Assembly (NCBI GenBank): GCA_013265495.1
Contig: MU058844.1
Location: 5,496,344-5,560,343 of the forward strand
Source: Vicugna vicugna
Taxonomy: Eukaryota
Direction: 5' to 3'
Length of the DNA: 64,000 nucleotides
A program made the translations under genes and the position numbers. Below, piece by piece: positions 1 to 11,510 of the stretch (position 1 is its first letter; each line of letters opens with the position of its first letter). Below the pieces are notes generated by a model. That model was given only the letters and a program-made list of their open reading frames with translations, ran no database searches and was not told the DNA's origin.

Positions 1-159
1 AATGAAAAGCCAAAACACATTTCTAAGTACTTGTATATGTCTCCAAACAAATAATTATCAAAATTGGTCACCTGACATAGAATATTGGATGTAGCTCAAT
101 TATACATCCAGGAAAATGATTGTATCTTGAGTATGTGCATTTGAGATTGTTTGGATTAA

Positions 160-638
160 AAATCACAGTTCAGACATTGTTCTAAAAACTTTGCAGTAGA
201 AAGTGTCTCCTTTTTTGAATCTAGGCTTGGCCATGTGACTTGTTTACAATCTTTCTGAGTTCAACCCACACTCTAATGTCAATTAAACATTAGCAAATAT
301 GGTACAAGCAGAGATTGAAAGGTGGTTGTGTAATGGGGCTTGCTCTCTTGCTGAACATGGAATTCTGATATCATCACATGAACGGCCTGAGCCAGCCTGA
401 TGAAGGTCCGTGTAGAGAACTGTGGCACTATGGTTCATGGCCCACTGCTGGGTCTGTGAGTGAGGCCATACCACGTTACCTACATCCAGTCAGTCCACCA
501 GCTGATGACAGAAATCAGCTAAGCAGCCTAGACCCAAAGGCCATCAGTGACACACAGGATTGTATTACACAACAAAGGCTAGTTGTTTTAAACCACTAGA
601 TTTGGGGTTATATGTTACACAACAAAAGATAACTCATA
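160..638 (+). mobile_element. MaLR solo LTR (MLT1G/H-like)
   Basis: MLT1 hallmarks ggcttggccatgtgacttgttt and 3' end gttgttttaaaccactagatttggggttatatgttacacaacaaaagataact; 5' boundary approximate. Confidence 0.75.
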
Positions 639-729
639 TGTTACTGGAATCAAACAGATGTAAGTATAATTCTTGGATGTAAAACATACTGGCAATTTCA
701 CCTTAGACAAATGACTGACATTTTCTGAC

Positions 730-850
730 ACTTAGTTTGCTATTTCATAAAATGAAGAGGCTAAAAATTATTTTAGAATTTTTGTATATAAATTGGTACA
801 ATAATGTAGATAAAGTGCTTAATACTATGCCTGGCAAATATTACATACAT
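730..850 (+). mobile_element. MIR SINE fragment (3' half)
   Basis: cttagtttgctatttcataaaatga...gtagataaagtgcttaatactatgcctggca resembles the MIR core and tail. Confidence 0.55.
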
Positions 851-1635
851 TTTAATTCCATTACTTTATTTTTAAAATCCCACAAGTTGAATACCAAGTC
901 TTTGAAAATAAAAGAGAAGAACAAAATAGTCTAAGAGAAAATTTTAAATTTTATGATATTTTTTCTTTTATATATATTTGCTATCAGAGACTGTAAGCTT
1001 GGTGAGTTAATCAGGGTGCTTCAAAAAAAGAGCAGAAATATGAAACTTGTCAGTGCATCTCCCCCTAGAAAGGTATATAAAACTAAAACTGTACATTTAT
1101 TGTACTGTTAATATAAATAGTGTAGAATTATGATACCATTAATATAGCAGATGTATAAAACTAATGCCATGTAATTGTTCTTTATCATTATATCTCTGGA
1201 GCTATTCTGGATGTATGTGTATGGAAAATTTCCTCACCAGCTCTCTTAATTATTTAAACAGAATCCACTTAGTTCAGTGATCTCACCAACTAACCCCAAA
1301 TGAACAAAATAAAATTTTCTCAACTAGAAATAGACTGACAGATTAAAACATAAACATCATTTTCTAATTAGACTTGGAAAAAACTTAATGTGTTTATTTC
1401 AATGTTAGAATTATTGCAAGAAATCACTAAAAGGGCAACACTTTAAATATATAAAATCATAAAATATCTGTAAGTTTAATTTTTTTTAATTTAAATGCAA
1501 GGCTCAGGCTGGGAAAAATAGTTGTAATAAATTAGCAAATGTTTTAGTTAACCAAATATTTTGTTACATACCCACCCCATGTCTGATAAAATAATAGTTC
1601 AGAAGAATTCAATGAAAAGTGAAATAGACAGCCAG

Positions 1636-2060
1636 GCATTTATTCACTTCATTTATTCATTCATTCTGCACATATTTATTGTGTCTGTAATATATCGGAT
1701 ACAAATCTAGTTTCCAGATACTCCATGGTAAAAAATAATAATAACATAGCCATGGCTCTGAAGAAACTATGGGAGGAAAATATGCATATTAAATAATAAA
1801 ACACACAGATATGATTGTCACACACTTTTAAGTCTTATGAAAGAAAGAGATAGCTACTGCCCAAGAGCAATAACAAAATGTGTAAAGGAAGGACCTCTTT
1901 CTAGGAACACAGGGAAGGAGTACTGAGCATATTTCGGGGTATTGAGAATAAAGATAATATTCAAAAATAGGTTACTACTAAAAGTGAATTTTTAGCAGAA
2001 AAGGAGGGATCCAGTTAAATGTGCCTGCGGGAAAAATCAGGTTAAATTTGAAAAACTAAA
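1636..2060 (-). mobile_element. L2 LINE 3' fragment
   Basis: attcattcattc...atatttattg, the reverse of the L2 (TGAA)n tail, followed by degenerate L2-like sequence. Confidence 0.55.
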
Positions 2061-2639
2061 ATGTGTTTAATATTGTTAAATTGTTTCATGGTACACAAAG
2101 AGCTTTAGTCATTATTTTAAGGAAATTTTCCTCAGTCTGTGTGTCTCTTGAATGTAAGAGATTTTATTTCCCTCTATTCTTACTACCACATTCTTAGACT
2201 GTGAAAAGCCACAGTATTAATTCAACATTAATGGTTCTTATTCCCAAATCAACACAAACAGAAACTACTATCATGAGGAGCTGTAACTCCCAGAGTTATT
2301 GGCACTGCTATATGCCTATAATGCATGGCAATAGTGCTTTGTGTTGATTATTTATTCTCTAAATGCATAGAGTAAAAAAGGTAATTTCAGGAGACATATG
2401 AGGACAGAATTTTGGCTATCTCAGAAGGTGGTATCCATGTAGTAGAAGAGTGGATACCTTTTTTGTTTCTGTTTTGATTGGTTGGAGTAACAGATTCTTT
2501 ATTTCTGAATTATGAGTGGTTAGTGCAGCTGAGCCCAAGCCTCTTCCTACTTATTTCCTGAATGTGAGATGTTGTTTTTGCCAATAAGCATGCATAGTTC
2601 TCATTGTGTTTATTAGTCCAGTTTCTTCTACATTCTATT

Positions 2640-2824
2640 TGGTCCTCGATCTTCAACATGCATTCTGAATCACATGGAAAACTTATTAAAAGAAAAATTG
2701 CTGAGTCCCACCTACAATGTTTCCCATTCTGTATGTCTAAGTTGGGGTCCAACAGTTTATGTTCATAACAGATTCCCTGGTGATATTGATGCTGCTGGTC
2801 CAGAGACCACACTTTGAGAACCCT
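2640..2824. mobile_element. MER5A-like hAT-Charlie MITE
   Basis: gaatcacatggaaaacttattaaaa...taacagattccctggtgatattgatgctgctggtccagagaccacactttgagaacc. Confidence 0.85.
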
Positions 2825-3974
2825 CTTCTATTTAGTGAAAATTCTTCTCGAACACTTACAAAGGTTTAAATGTCATGTTTGTATTAAAGAGTATTGGTTT
2901 TGTTTTTATTCATCTACATCATTGGGGGTATTTTGATAAAAATTTGGATCACCTACAAGGTAAGGTGACCTCACACAAACTTAAACCAAAAGTGAGTATA
3001 GTAAATACCGTTTGCCTGAAAGGCCCATATCAATTTGTCTCTATAGAGCTAAAGATGTTATAAAGCTTCAGGTGGGAGTCAAAATCTGGTTGAGGAATGA
3101 ATCAATGTTAGCATCTATTGTTGAAACATATTTTTAAATCATTACAGATGCCTTTCAAAGGCTATCATTAAGTTACTATCATTTATAATATCTGTAGACA
3201 AATTGACAGATAAAACTTAAAATATAATTTTATTTCTAAAAATACATAAGTTTATAGTTTCACTGGGTTTGTTGTAACTCATAAAACTTAGACATTTTGA
3301 GCAATTGATCAATATACTTCAATTTTTCATTTTCAGCTGCTTATTTTATAAGGTGCAGATACAGTAATGTTTACATATAGACCACTTCAGGTTAAATCAA
3401 TAGCAATAAAGTCAATCCCTTTCTTTGGGAAATCATTTTGAACTTTTTAATCAGTTTTTGAACTCTTGCATAATCCACCATCTGGTGTTTACTAGTCATC
3501 AATAGGTTCAATTGATTGTAGTACACGAAGTCCATGATGCTCTGAATTCTGGTTGACTTTTATAGATTTAATCTAGTTCTACGTGAACTAATTTTGATTT
3601 CAAGCATATTTACACTAGATAAAATGCATTTTAGGATTTTCCTATTGGAAACTTTTTAGGAAGCATTTTTTCCCCACACTATAATGGTTTGTCTCCCTAT
3701 TGAGACCAGCATGAAGGTTTGGGAAAGTTTAGTATATTTATCATATTTTCAAATATCTTATGCCAATATTTTCCTGTATTTGGGCTCCTTTAACTTACAC
3801 TCTTAGTGGAATGGTTCAATGAAAAATGCCTTAGAAAGCAACTCCATGGTAGTCTTTGTGTTTCAATCTTGAAATCTTAGTTTGAGTATTTACGGTGAAG
3901 GTAGACCAAGTGAAAATATGACTACTTAAATATCTCAGATGTCTCTCCCTATCCTAGCCTTCTTTGAAATAGAT

Positions 3975-4487
3975 ATTTTATTTCTCTGTTGTTGCCTAAC
4001 AAATTATATCACAATTTAGTGGTTTAAAAGAACAACAAGTATATATCATGTTACAGTTTCTCAGTTTCACAACTAGTTTAGATATGTGTTTCTAGCCCAG
4101 AGTTTCTCATGTAAGTGAAGTCAAGATATTGGCCATGGCTGCTGTCATATGAAGGCTTAAACACGGGCTCTGTATCTGCTTCCAACGTGGCTCACGGACT
4201 TGCCTGGCAAATCAGTAGTAATTGTTGGCAGGAAACTTCAGTTCCTCAATTTGTTGGCCTTTCCTTAGGGTAGCTGGCTTTCCTCAGCATGAGTCATCCA
4301 ACAGAAGCTACAAAGGAAGCCACAGTCACTTGAAAGACCTAGATTAAGTAGTCATTCTCTGTTATTCCTGAAATACCCTATTTGTTCCACAAGACAATTC
4401 TATTCAGTGTGGGAGAGGACCACACAAAGAAATGGATACCAGGAGGCAAAAATAACTGGAGATCATCTTGGAGGATAGTTATTGCAA
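3975..4487 (-). mobile_element. MaLR solo LTR (MLT1F-like), near full length
   Basis: taacaaattatatcacaatttagtggtttaaaagaacaa start; gtcaagatattggccatggctgctgtcatatgaaggctt; end ataccaggaggc...atcatcttggaggatagttattgca. Confidence 0.8.
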
Positions 4488-5354
4488 ATTACAAGGAAAA
4501 CTGTAGACAGTTCTCTTATTTATTACTAATATTGTGGGAAAAGGCTAGGGTGTTACAAAATCATAAAATCTCATCAATTTTACTTCTGTTTAGAATGGAG
4601 GTAGTTTATTTTATGCTTACCTTTTTCTCTCCTCACAACAGCTCATCCTGTGGTTCTTATACACACCTAAAATTTACTTATTTCATATTCTTTTCATCTC
4701 AAACCTCTGTTTTTAATTAAGCAATATTTTATTAGGCCAATATATTAATTTGTGGTCATGTGTTAGTAAATTCTAATGCATATATAAACACATAAGCCTT
4801 CTGGAGGAAATAATTTTTATTGTGAGTATTTAATATTTATGAAAGAAGAAGGAAGACATCCGGGGATCAGTAGAAATTCAATGATCCATACATATCACCA
4901 CAATGATGTTTTAAATCAGCCCAACTGAGTGGACTTACACGGGCCACCAAATCCATGAGGAATCCTAAGATTCCAAATTTTCCCTCAGGAAATGTTCCTT
5001 ACTCTTGAGGCTACTAATTATTTTGGTTCTCTTAAGGAATTTATCTTCCACAACTATGGATTCAACTAACTCCTGTATGCTATATCAACTCACAATCTCT
5101 ATTTCTTGGCCAGATCTGCCTCTTAAGCTTCCAGTTCAGCTTTCAGCTGCCAGTTGGACAGCATGAAGTCCTGGAAATAGAATGCAGTTTGGAATCAGAA
5201 AGATATGGATTTAAATACTGGTTTCACAACTGTATTAGCTTTGTGATATTAGACACATTGCCTAATTCTTCTGAGCTTCGGTTTCCCATTTATATAATGA
5301 TAATAATATCTTCCTAGTAAATCTGCTGTGAGGATGAAAGATGATAATGTCGGA

Positions 5355-6052
5355 CAGTGGTTGTTAACCAGGGATGTGCTGTTCATCTAGAGGACATTGC
5401 AAAGCTTAGAAACATTTTGTTGTTGTTGTTTTACTGTCACAACTGAGTAAGAGGGGTGCTACTGGCGTCTAGTGTTCAGAGGCTAGAGATACTACTGAAC
5501 ACCCTCCAGTGCACGAGACCGCCTTCTGCAGTGTGATGGTTACTATTTCCTGTTAACTTGACTGGCCACATGGTGCCCAGATGTTTGGTCAAACATTAAT
5601 TTGTGAAGTGTTTTGGGAAGAGATTAACATTTAAATTGGTAAACTGAGTAAAGCAGATTGCCCTCCCTAAAGTGTGTGGGCTTAATCCAATTAGTCAAAG
5701 GCATCAATAGAACCTCAAGGCCTGACCTTTCTTAAGAGAAAAATCCTCCTACCTGACTGCCTTCAAAGAGGGACACCAGGTTTTTCCTGTCTTTGGTCTT
5801 GAACCAAAATACTGGTTCTTCCTGCCAACCTTAGGACTGAAACTACACCCTATTAGCTCTCGTGGGTATCCAGCTTGAAAACTGACCCTGCAGATTTTAT
5901 ACAGACACACACACAGACACAGACACAGACACAGACACACAAACACATTACCCCTACATCCTGTTGGTTCTGGAGAGTCCTAATACACACGATAAAGAAT
6001 CAAAGAATTATCTGGCCCCAAATGTCAATACTGTCTAACTTAAGAAAGCTTG
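5355..6052. mobile_element. MER20 hAT MITE split by an MLT2 LTR (5355-5531 and 5988-6052)
   Basis: cagtggttgttaacc...tgtcacaactgag...ggtgctactggcgtctagtg; second half caaagaattatctggccccaaatgtcaata. Confidence 0.9.
5532..5987 (+). mobile_element. ERVL solo LTR (MLT2-like) with internal (ACAGAC)n/(AC)n microsatellite
   Basis: TG...CA ends (tgtgatggtt...cctaataca); aacttgactggccac, gagtaaagcagattgccctccc; microsatellite ~5901-5946. Confidence 0.9.
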
Positions 6053-6929
6053 ATAAACAGAAGCACCTAGTCTAATACCTTATATATGGAAGGCAATCAA
6101 TAAATGTTCAATTAATCAGCTATAATTCAACTTCAAAATTTTAAAATACAAAATATTTATATTTTCAGTGAATGAAAGTGCCTGTAGTCTACCGGACTGG
6201 AAAATTAAGTCCACTGAATAATTAAAAACAATATTACTTAATACATTGCATGGATAATAATTTATGTTTTCAATATAATGCCCAAGATTAAGGTGAGACT
6301 GATGAATCCACTATAAAACAACACTTATCATAACTTACAGTTGCTATCAAACGAATATATAGATTTTCATAAATGTATCAGTTATAAAATTCTGGTCTTC
6401 TGATACTTTGGTAGTTCTAATCTTCACTGTTGTGATTCTCTCATGTTTTTGGTTGTTGGTTAATTGGTTAGTTTATTTGTTGTTTGCTAATATTATTTAT
6501 GTCTGTGTTTGATGATATGAGGGAAGTATTACTCCACGTCTTTCTCTGTTGTTTTTGCTGTCTTTGAACTTGATGATATAACATTTCCCACTGAATGCAG
6601 AATGAAAGTCTAAATTCCAAATTTAACTTAGATGTTTGGATAATGAGTATTGCTAATCTCTTGAAGCAAACAGATTCTTATAAGAGTTAACCAACACATT
6701 CTGTTAATATTTTTAATCAAAATGTGGTAGTATTTCATAGTTTTTAACTCTCAATATTTAATACCTGGGGTTTAATTTTTTTTAAATAGCAGGCCTTTTA
6801 AATTTAAACCAAGAGTAAGTATTCAAGTGGTGAGAGTGATGCCCTTTAGGCAGTGTTAAAGATATTTTAACTACAATTTTGTAAGAAAATGGATATGCCA
6901 TGGTGGGTAGCTATCTCATGTTAATCAGA

Positions 6930-7050
6930 AGAAAAGGAGGAAAGGAAAGAAGAGAGGAAAGATGGAAGAAAAGAAAGAGACAGGGAGAGACAGGGAGAGA
7001 CAGAGAGACAGAGAGAGAGAGAACAAACACCAGAGAGGCAGAGAAAACTT
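6930..7050. repeat. Purine-rich low-complexity (GA-rich) tract
   Basis: gagacagggagagacagggagagacagagagacagagagagaga. Confidence 0.9.
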
Positions 7051-7919
7051 GAGCAAGTAAATATTCTCTATTTAAAACATGCAGTACTTAAAATATTTTC
7101 AAGGTTTGCCTCTAATTTTATTATAGCACAGATACTTCCATATTTTTGTAATTTTTTGTATATGATGAAAATATAACAAGCAAATAAAAATATTATACTT
7201 GCATAGATATTTAATAATATGTTTTTTAGAATATAAGAAAAAATACAACGCAGTAATCTATAATATTAGACATGTACAGTGGTTACAAGAAGTGAAACAT
7301 TTATTTCATTATGTAAGTCTATACCACTGGAGTGCCCACTCCCTAAGATTGGTATGAAATACTTTACCAATTTAAAAAATGTATAAAGCCCTAGTTTATA
7401 GTTTCTGGTGATCACAGATAAGGTAACTCCTTACCCAGTCCAAAGGAGCTATATTTAAGGTCATCAGGCACTACTGGCAGTTCCAGTCCCACCACGACAA
7501 TTCCACCATGAAGTCCTCTGGACTGTGGTGCCTGGTGTCCAGCCCTCGCAGTTCTCACAGCCACTCGTGCAGTCATTCTTCTCCTAGCCCTCTGCCACTT
7601 CAGGCACAGTGTACTTCAGGGGGTTCAGCTTTCCCCCATAGAATATTCAACTCCTCTTTTCTCCTTAATCCTAGAAAACCAACAAGATCCTGCCTGATCC
7701 CTGCCTTATCTCAGACTTCAAATTAAGGCTGTCTTAAAATGAGGCTTTCAAAAGCAGAGGGTTATTCTGATCATAATGCTTATCTTTAACTATTATGTGT
7801 GCTCATGAACATATTTCCAAAATTATCAATGTCAAGAATGAGACAGCATTTACTCCTTATCCCCCTTATCATTCTCTCAACAGATACAGATCAAGGGTCT
7901 TCTTTGAGCCGAGCATTAT

Positions 7920-8214
7920 TTATTTATTTTTTTTTTTAGAATTTGACATCATTCATTTTATTTTCCCAGACTGGTGAGAAGTGATTACAGAAATCACAAA
8001 TTAGAGATATTTTGAGTTTTTTTTTAACAGTATAAACTTGTTGTTTATCTATTTTATATATTTATATTAGTTTGTATCTGCAAATCTCAAACTCTCAAAT
8101 TATCCCTTCCCACCCCCTCCCCCATAACCATAAGTATGATATTACTTATATGCAGAATCTAAAAAAAATAAAATAGACAAACGAAATTATTTACAAAACA
8201 GAAACAGAACAGAC
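7920..8214 (-). mobile_element. 5'-truncated, 5'-inverted L1 3' end with 3' transduction
   Basis: TSD tgagccgagcattat (7905-7919) / taagccaagcattat (8215-8229); two T-tracts; L1 3'UTR in - sense 8026-8135 and + sense 8136-8214. Confidence 0.8.
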
Positions 8215-10699
8215 TAAGCCAAGCATTATACTGGGTAATGGAAATTCACAGGCAATCCAATGAGAAATGGCCCATGCCCTCACTGGGCGTAAGTAACAGA
8301 AATTAAACACCGTCATTACTATTTTTTTCACTCCATTTTCTGTTTTTTGATTGATGACATCTGTGGTTGTTAATCTGTTGATGAGCATTATCAATATACT
8401 CAGTATCGTTTCTTATTAAAGATACTTATTTCTGTAACCATGATAACAGATGTTAAGAAACCTTCACTGTTGATTCTTTTCTATGCTGCATGTATTATCT
8501 TTGAGTATTTTATTTGATTTTACTCACAGAAAGGGTACATGGGTGGTTTATTTTCTGTAAATTCGTCTGTGAATGGCAGCTCTGTTGGTTGGGAAATTAT
8601 TAAATCACAATCTTTTCTGCTTGAAACTCCCTAGAGACTGTCCTATTGTCCTCAGCTAGATTTGTGTTTCTTTATTGGTAACCTGTTTTTCATTGCCTGA
8701 ATGTTTAAAGAGGTTTTTAAAATTTATTTATACAGTTCAGTATACACGGTTCATCCTTGTTATTTTCATTTAATATACAATGAATCCCCTTAACCAAAGA
8801 CTTATTTTCAGTTGAATTTTTTATGTTATTATAACTTATAAAATATTACTTTATTTCTCTCTTTCAAAATAAGTACTGATGTCCTATCTATGAGCAGGTT
8901 AGTGTGCTTCTGCTAAGGATCCATGTTCTAACAGGCATACATAACACTTGCACTTCCAAAATAAACCCAAGGTCTATGTCCTATATGAACTTGGGAATTC
9001 ATATTAGCTGTATAATGAGTATTGTAATATTGCCATTTGTTGCACTATCCAGTAATATGTTTTCCTTTTTCTTTGTCTAACACAGTTTCCTCAGTGGAAG
9101 GCATCATTGAGGGTATTAAAGGGTACATTCTCAACACAGTGAATAAATTAAAGGTCAGCAGGGAGTATACACTGCCATTTTAAAGAAACTGCGTACCTCA
9201 CATGGATGGTATTTTTAATGTAGTCATAGAACTTCTGCCTTTCATGTGCGCTGTACTTATTGTTTTTTAGGCTTCAAATATTTACTTGTAGTAGTATATA
9301 AATACATTCTATTTTATTAAGAATATGAATTCATGGGCATTTCATCAACTGAGAATTTCAAGATTAAGAAAACACTCAGTGAAAATATCTAAAATAACTT
9401 TATATTTAATGTGTTAACATATGCAATATGATTTTATTTTACACATCTATTTTGAATCCAAACTTTCATTTAACTAGAGGCTTAAAGGGATGAAATTACT
9501 AAGGAAACTAACTGTTCTTAAGGATAGAAAAAAAAATGTGGTAATCCCAAGCTTGAATTCACAAAGAATAATTTATGTATGTATCTGAATTTCTGGGTGC
9601 CTTATTAGTGACTTCAGTGGAATGCTTCAAAAGGATTAATTGCTTGGGTTTGCACAAGTTCTTTATTTATCATCATTAAAAGGCCTGCTGAAGGAGGATT
9701 TTTATGGTGTAATGTATCACTTACTAAAATTATTTTTTGGCAAACTGACAAAAAAAAATCTTAGATGTTATGCTGTCTAATTACATGGCTTGAATCTAAC
9801 AATTATTTCTAATTTGTTGGCCTCAAGCTATAAGGAGGAGAAGCTGAACAAATCAGCCGTTATATTTCCTTGCATGAGATCTATACCTACATGTAGTGAA
9901 CAAAGGCTTTTAAGAACTACATATAATATGGTGATGCTGATGCTAAAAATCAGACATGAGACTGCATTACCCTTTTCTGAAACAATATTTTGATAATGGA
10001 AATTATGAACTAATATAATCATTTATCTAAACTAACTCATGATTGAGAACTATAAAATAATAATGATAATGCATGAAAATTAATATCGGTTAAGCTTCCA
10101 TAATGTTGCATGTTGCTTTTACTGTGTTAAAATAGGTCATCCATTCTGTGCATAAAATCACATGAGCAATTGGCAAATGATATTAGTTTAAATAAACATG
10201 TTAAAGATGTTCCAAGTAATCATAATTACTATGATATAAATAATTAGACTGAAAACATTTCCCCTCTAAATGATGTATTCAAAATATTTCCTCATTTGAT
10301 GTTTGCTTTGTCGTCACAATGTCCTTCTAGTTCAAAGTAAACATACCGTATTTAGAACTAATTCTGCATAAATCTTTTCCTAGTTATTCCCTTAGCATAG
10401 ATTTTACTTTTGAAGGTAAGAAAGAAAGAAATCAATTGGACTGGAGAATTTATTTAAATTTATTTAAATTTATTAAATTAAATAAATTTATTAAAATTTA
10501 TTTCAGTCTAGGAATCAGGTCCAGCCTAAGTTATTTGCAAACATAAAGCAGAATAGAAAGCCATGTGGGTAGAGCAAGGAAAATATTTGAGTTCCTAAAA
10601 TTAATACTGTAACATGGGTAGAATAAATAGAAACAGAAAATGAGTGGGAGCTATAATTGCATCTATTGTGAATCAAAATCCATTAAATTATAAATTTGT

Positions 10700-10930
10700 G
10701 AGAATGATTCTCTAGGTTAACATGGATTTGGAGTCAGAAGACATAAGTAGTCTCTGAGTTCTGTCATTTATTTGTTCTGTAACCATTGGCCATTCATTCA
10801 GAATATCTTAACCTTTTTAAAAGAAAATAATAAAATTCACTTCATGTAGTTATGATAAGTAATAAGTGAGGTAACATATTTAATAACACATTTATCTAGT
10901 GCATTGCAGATATTCAGTGAATGGTAAGAG
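10700..10930 (+). mobile_element. MIR SINE
   Basis: ggttaacatggatttggagtcagaagac...gtgaggtaacatatttaataacac...tattcagtgaatggta. Confidence 0.65.
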
Positions 10931-11039
10931 AGTCTGAGGTGAGAGAAGCATTGCTTCAGAGTTTAAGGAGACAAACTAGAATTCTTTGGAGAGAGGTACA
11001 AATACGCCAAAAACTACATTATGAGAACTAACTTTCCAA

Positions 11040-11215
11040 CAGTTCACGTTACTGATTGGGCTGCATATTGAGCGAATGAGGTCCTCAGTGGAAAACTGTT
11101 TGAGAGCTGGGGGACAATCTTCTTGAAATTACAGAGAAGTTGATAAAACATGAGACTGGAGGATCATCAAGGTCCTCTCCAATCCCAGGATCCAGCGGTT
11201 TGTGAAACTGTTAGT
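11040..11215 (+). mobile_element. Possible CR1/L3 (or MIR3) 3' end
   Basis: gactggaggatcatcaaggtcctctccaatcccaggatcc resembles the CR1/L3-type terminus; highly diverged. Confidence 0.35.
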
Positions 11216-11257
11216 CTGACTACTTTGCAGATAAAAATGTATTCTCCCAGAAAGGAG

Positions 11258-11510
11258 CAACAGAGCAGAATGTTTAAAAGCTGGGACTCTGGAATCTAAA
11301 CTGGCTGTGTTCCCATTCTGACACAGTCTTTTCCTAATTGTGTGAATTTGGGAAAATTATATGACTCCCCTGAGGTTCAGCTATCTTATCTCATACATGG
11401 TGATAATAATTTCTATTTGATGTGAAGATAAAATTAAATAGTGCATGCTCAAGGCTTAACAGCATGCCTACAACATAGTACTCATCCCCATAGTTACCAG
11501 TGTTTTATCA
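11258..11510 (+). mobile_element. MIR SINE
   Basis: ctgggactctggaatctaaactggctgtgttcccattctga...tgtgaatttgggaaaatta...cttaacagcatgcctacaacatagta. Confidence 0.75.

Larger units (their letters stand above)
5161..6108 (+). mobile_element. MIR SINE split by MER20 (5161-5354 and 6053-6108)
   Basis: tggaatcagaaagatatggatttaaatactgg...tctgagcttcggtttcccatt...gtgaggatgaaagatgataatgt; tail aagcacctag...caataaatgtt resumes after MER20. Confidence 0.75.

Noticed and set aside
7440..7726. TATA/MEF2-like ctatatttaa followed by ccaccATG and an ORF starting MKSSGL, the same first residues as human SLPI
   Set aside because: Similarity ends after six residues; no hydrophobic signal peptide, no WAP cysteine exons and no suitable donor. 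Probably chance, though a decayed fragment is not excluded without a BLAST search.
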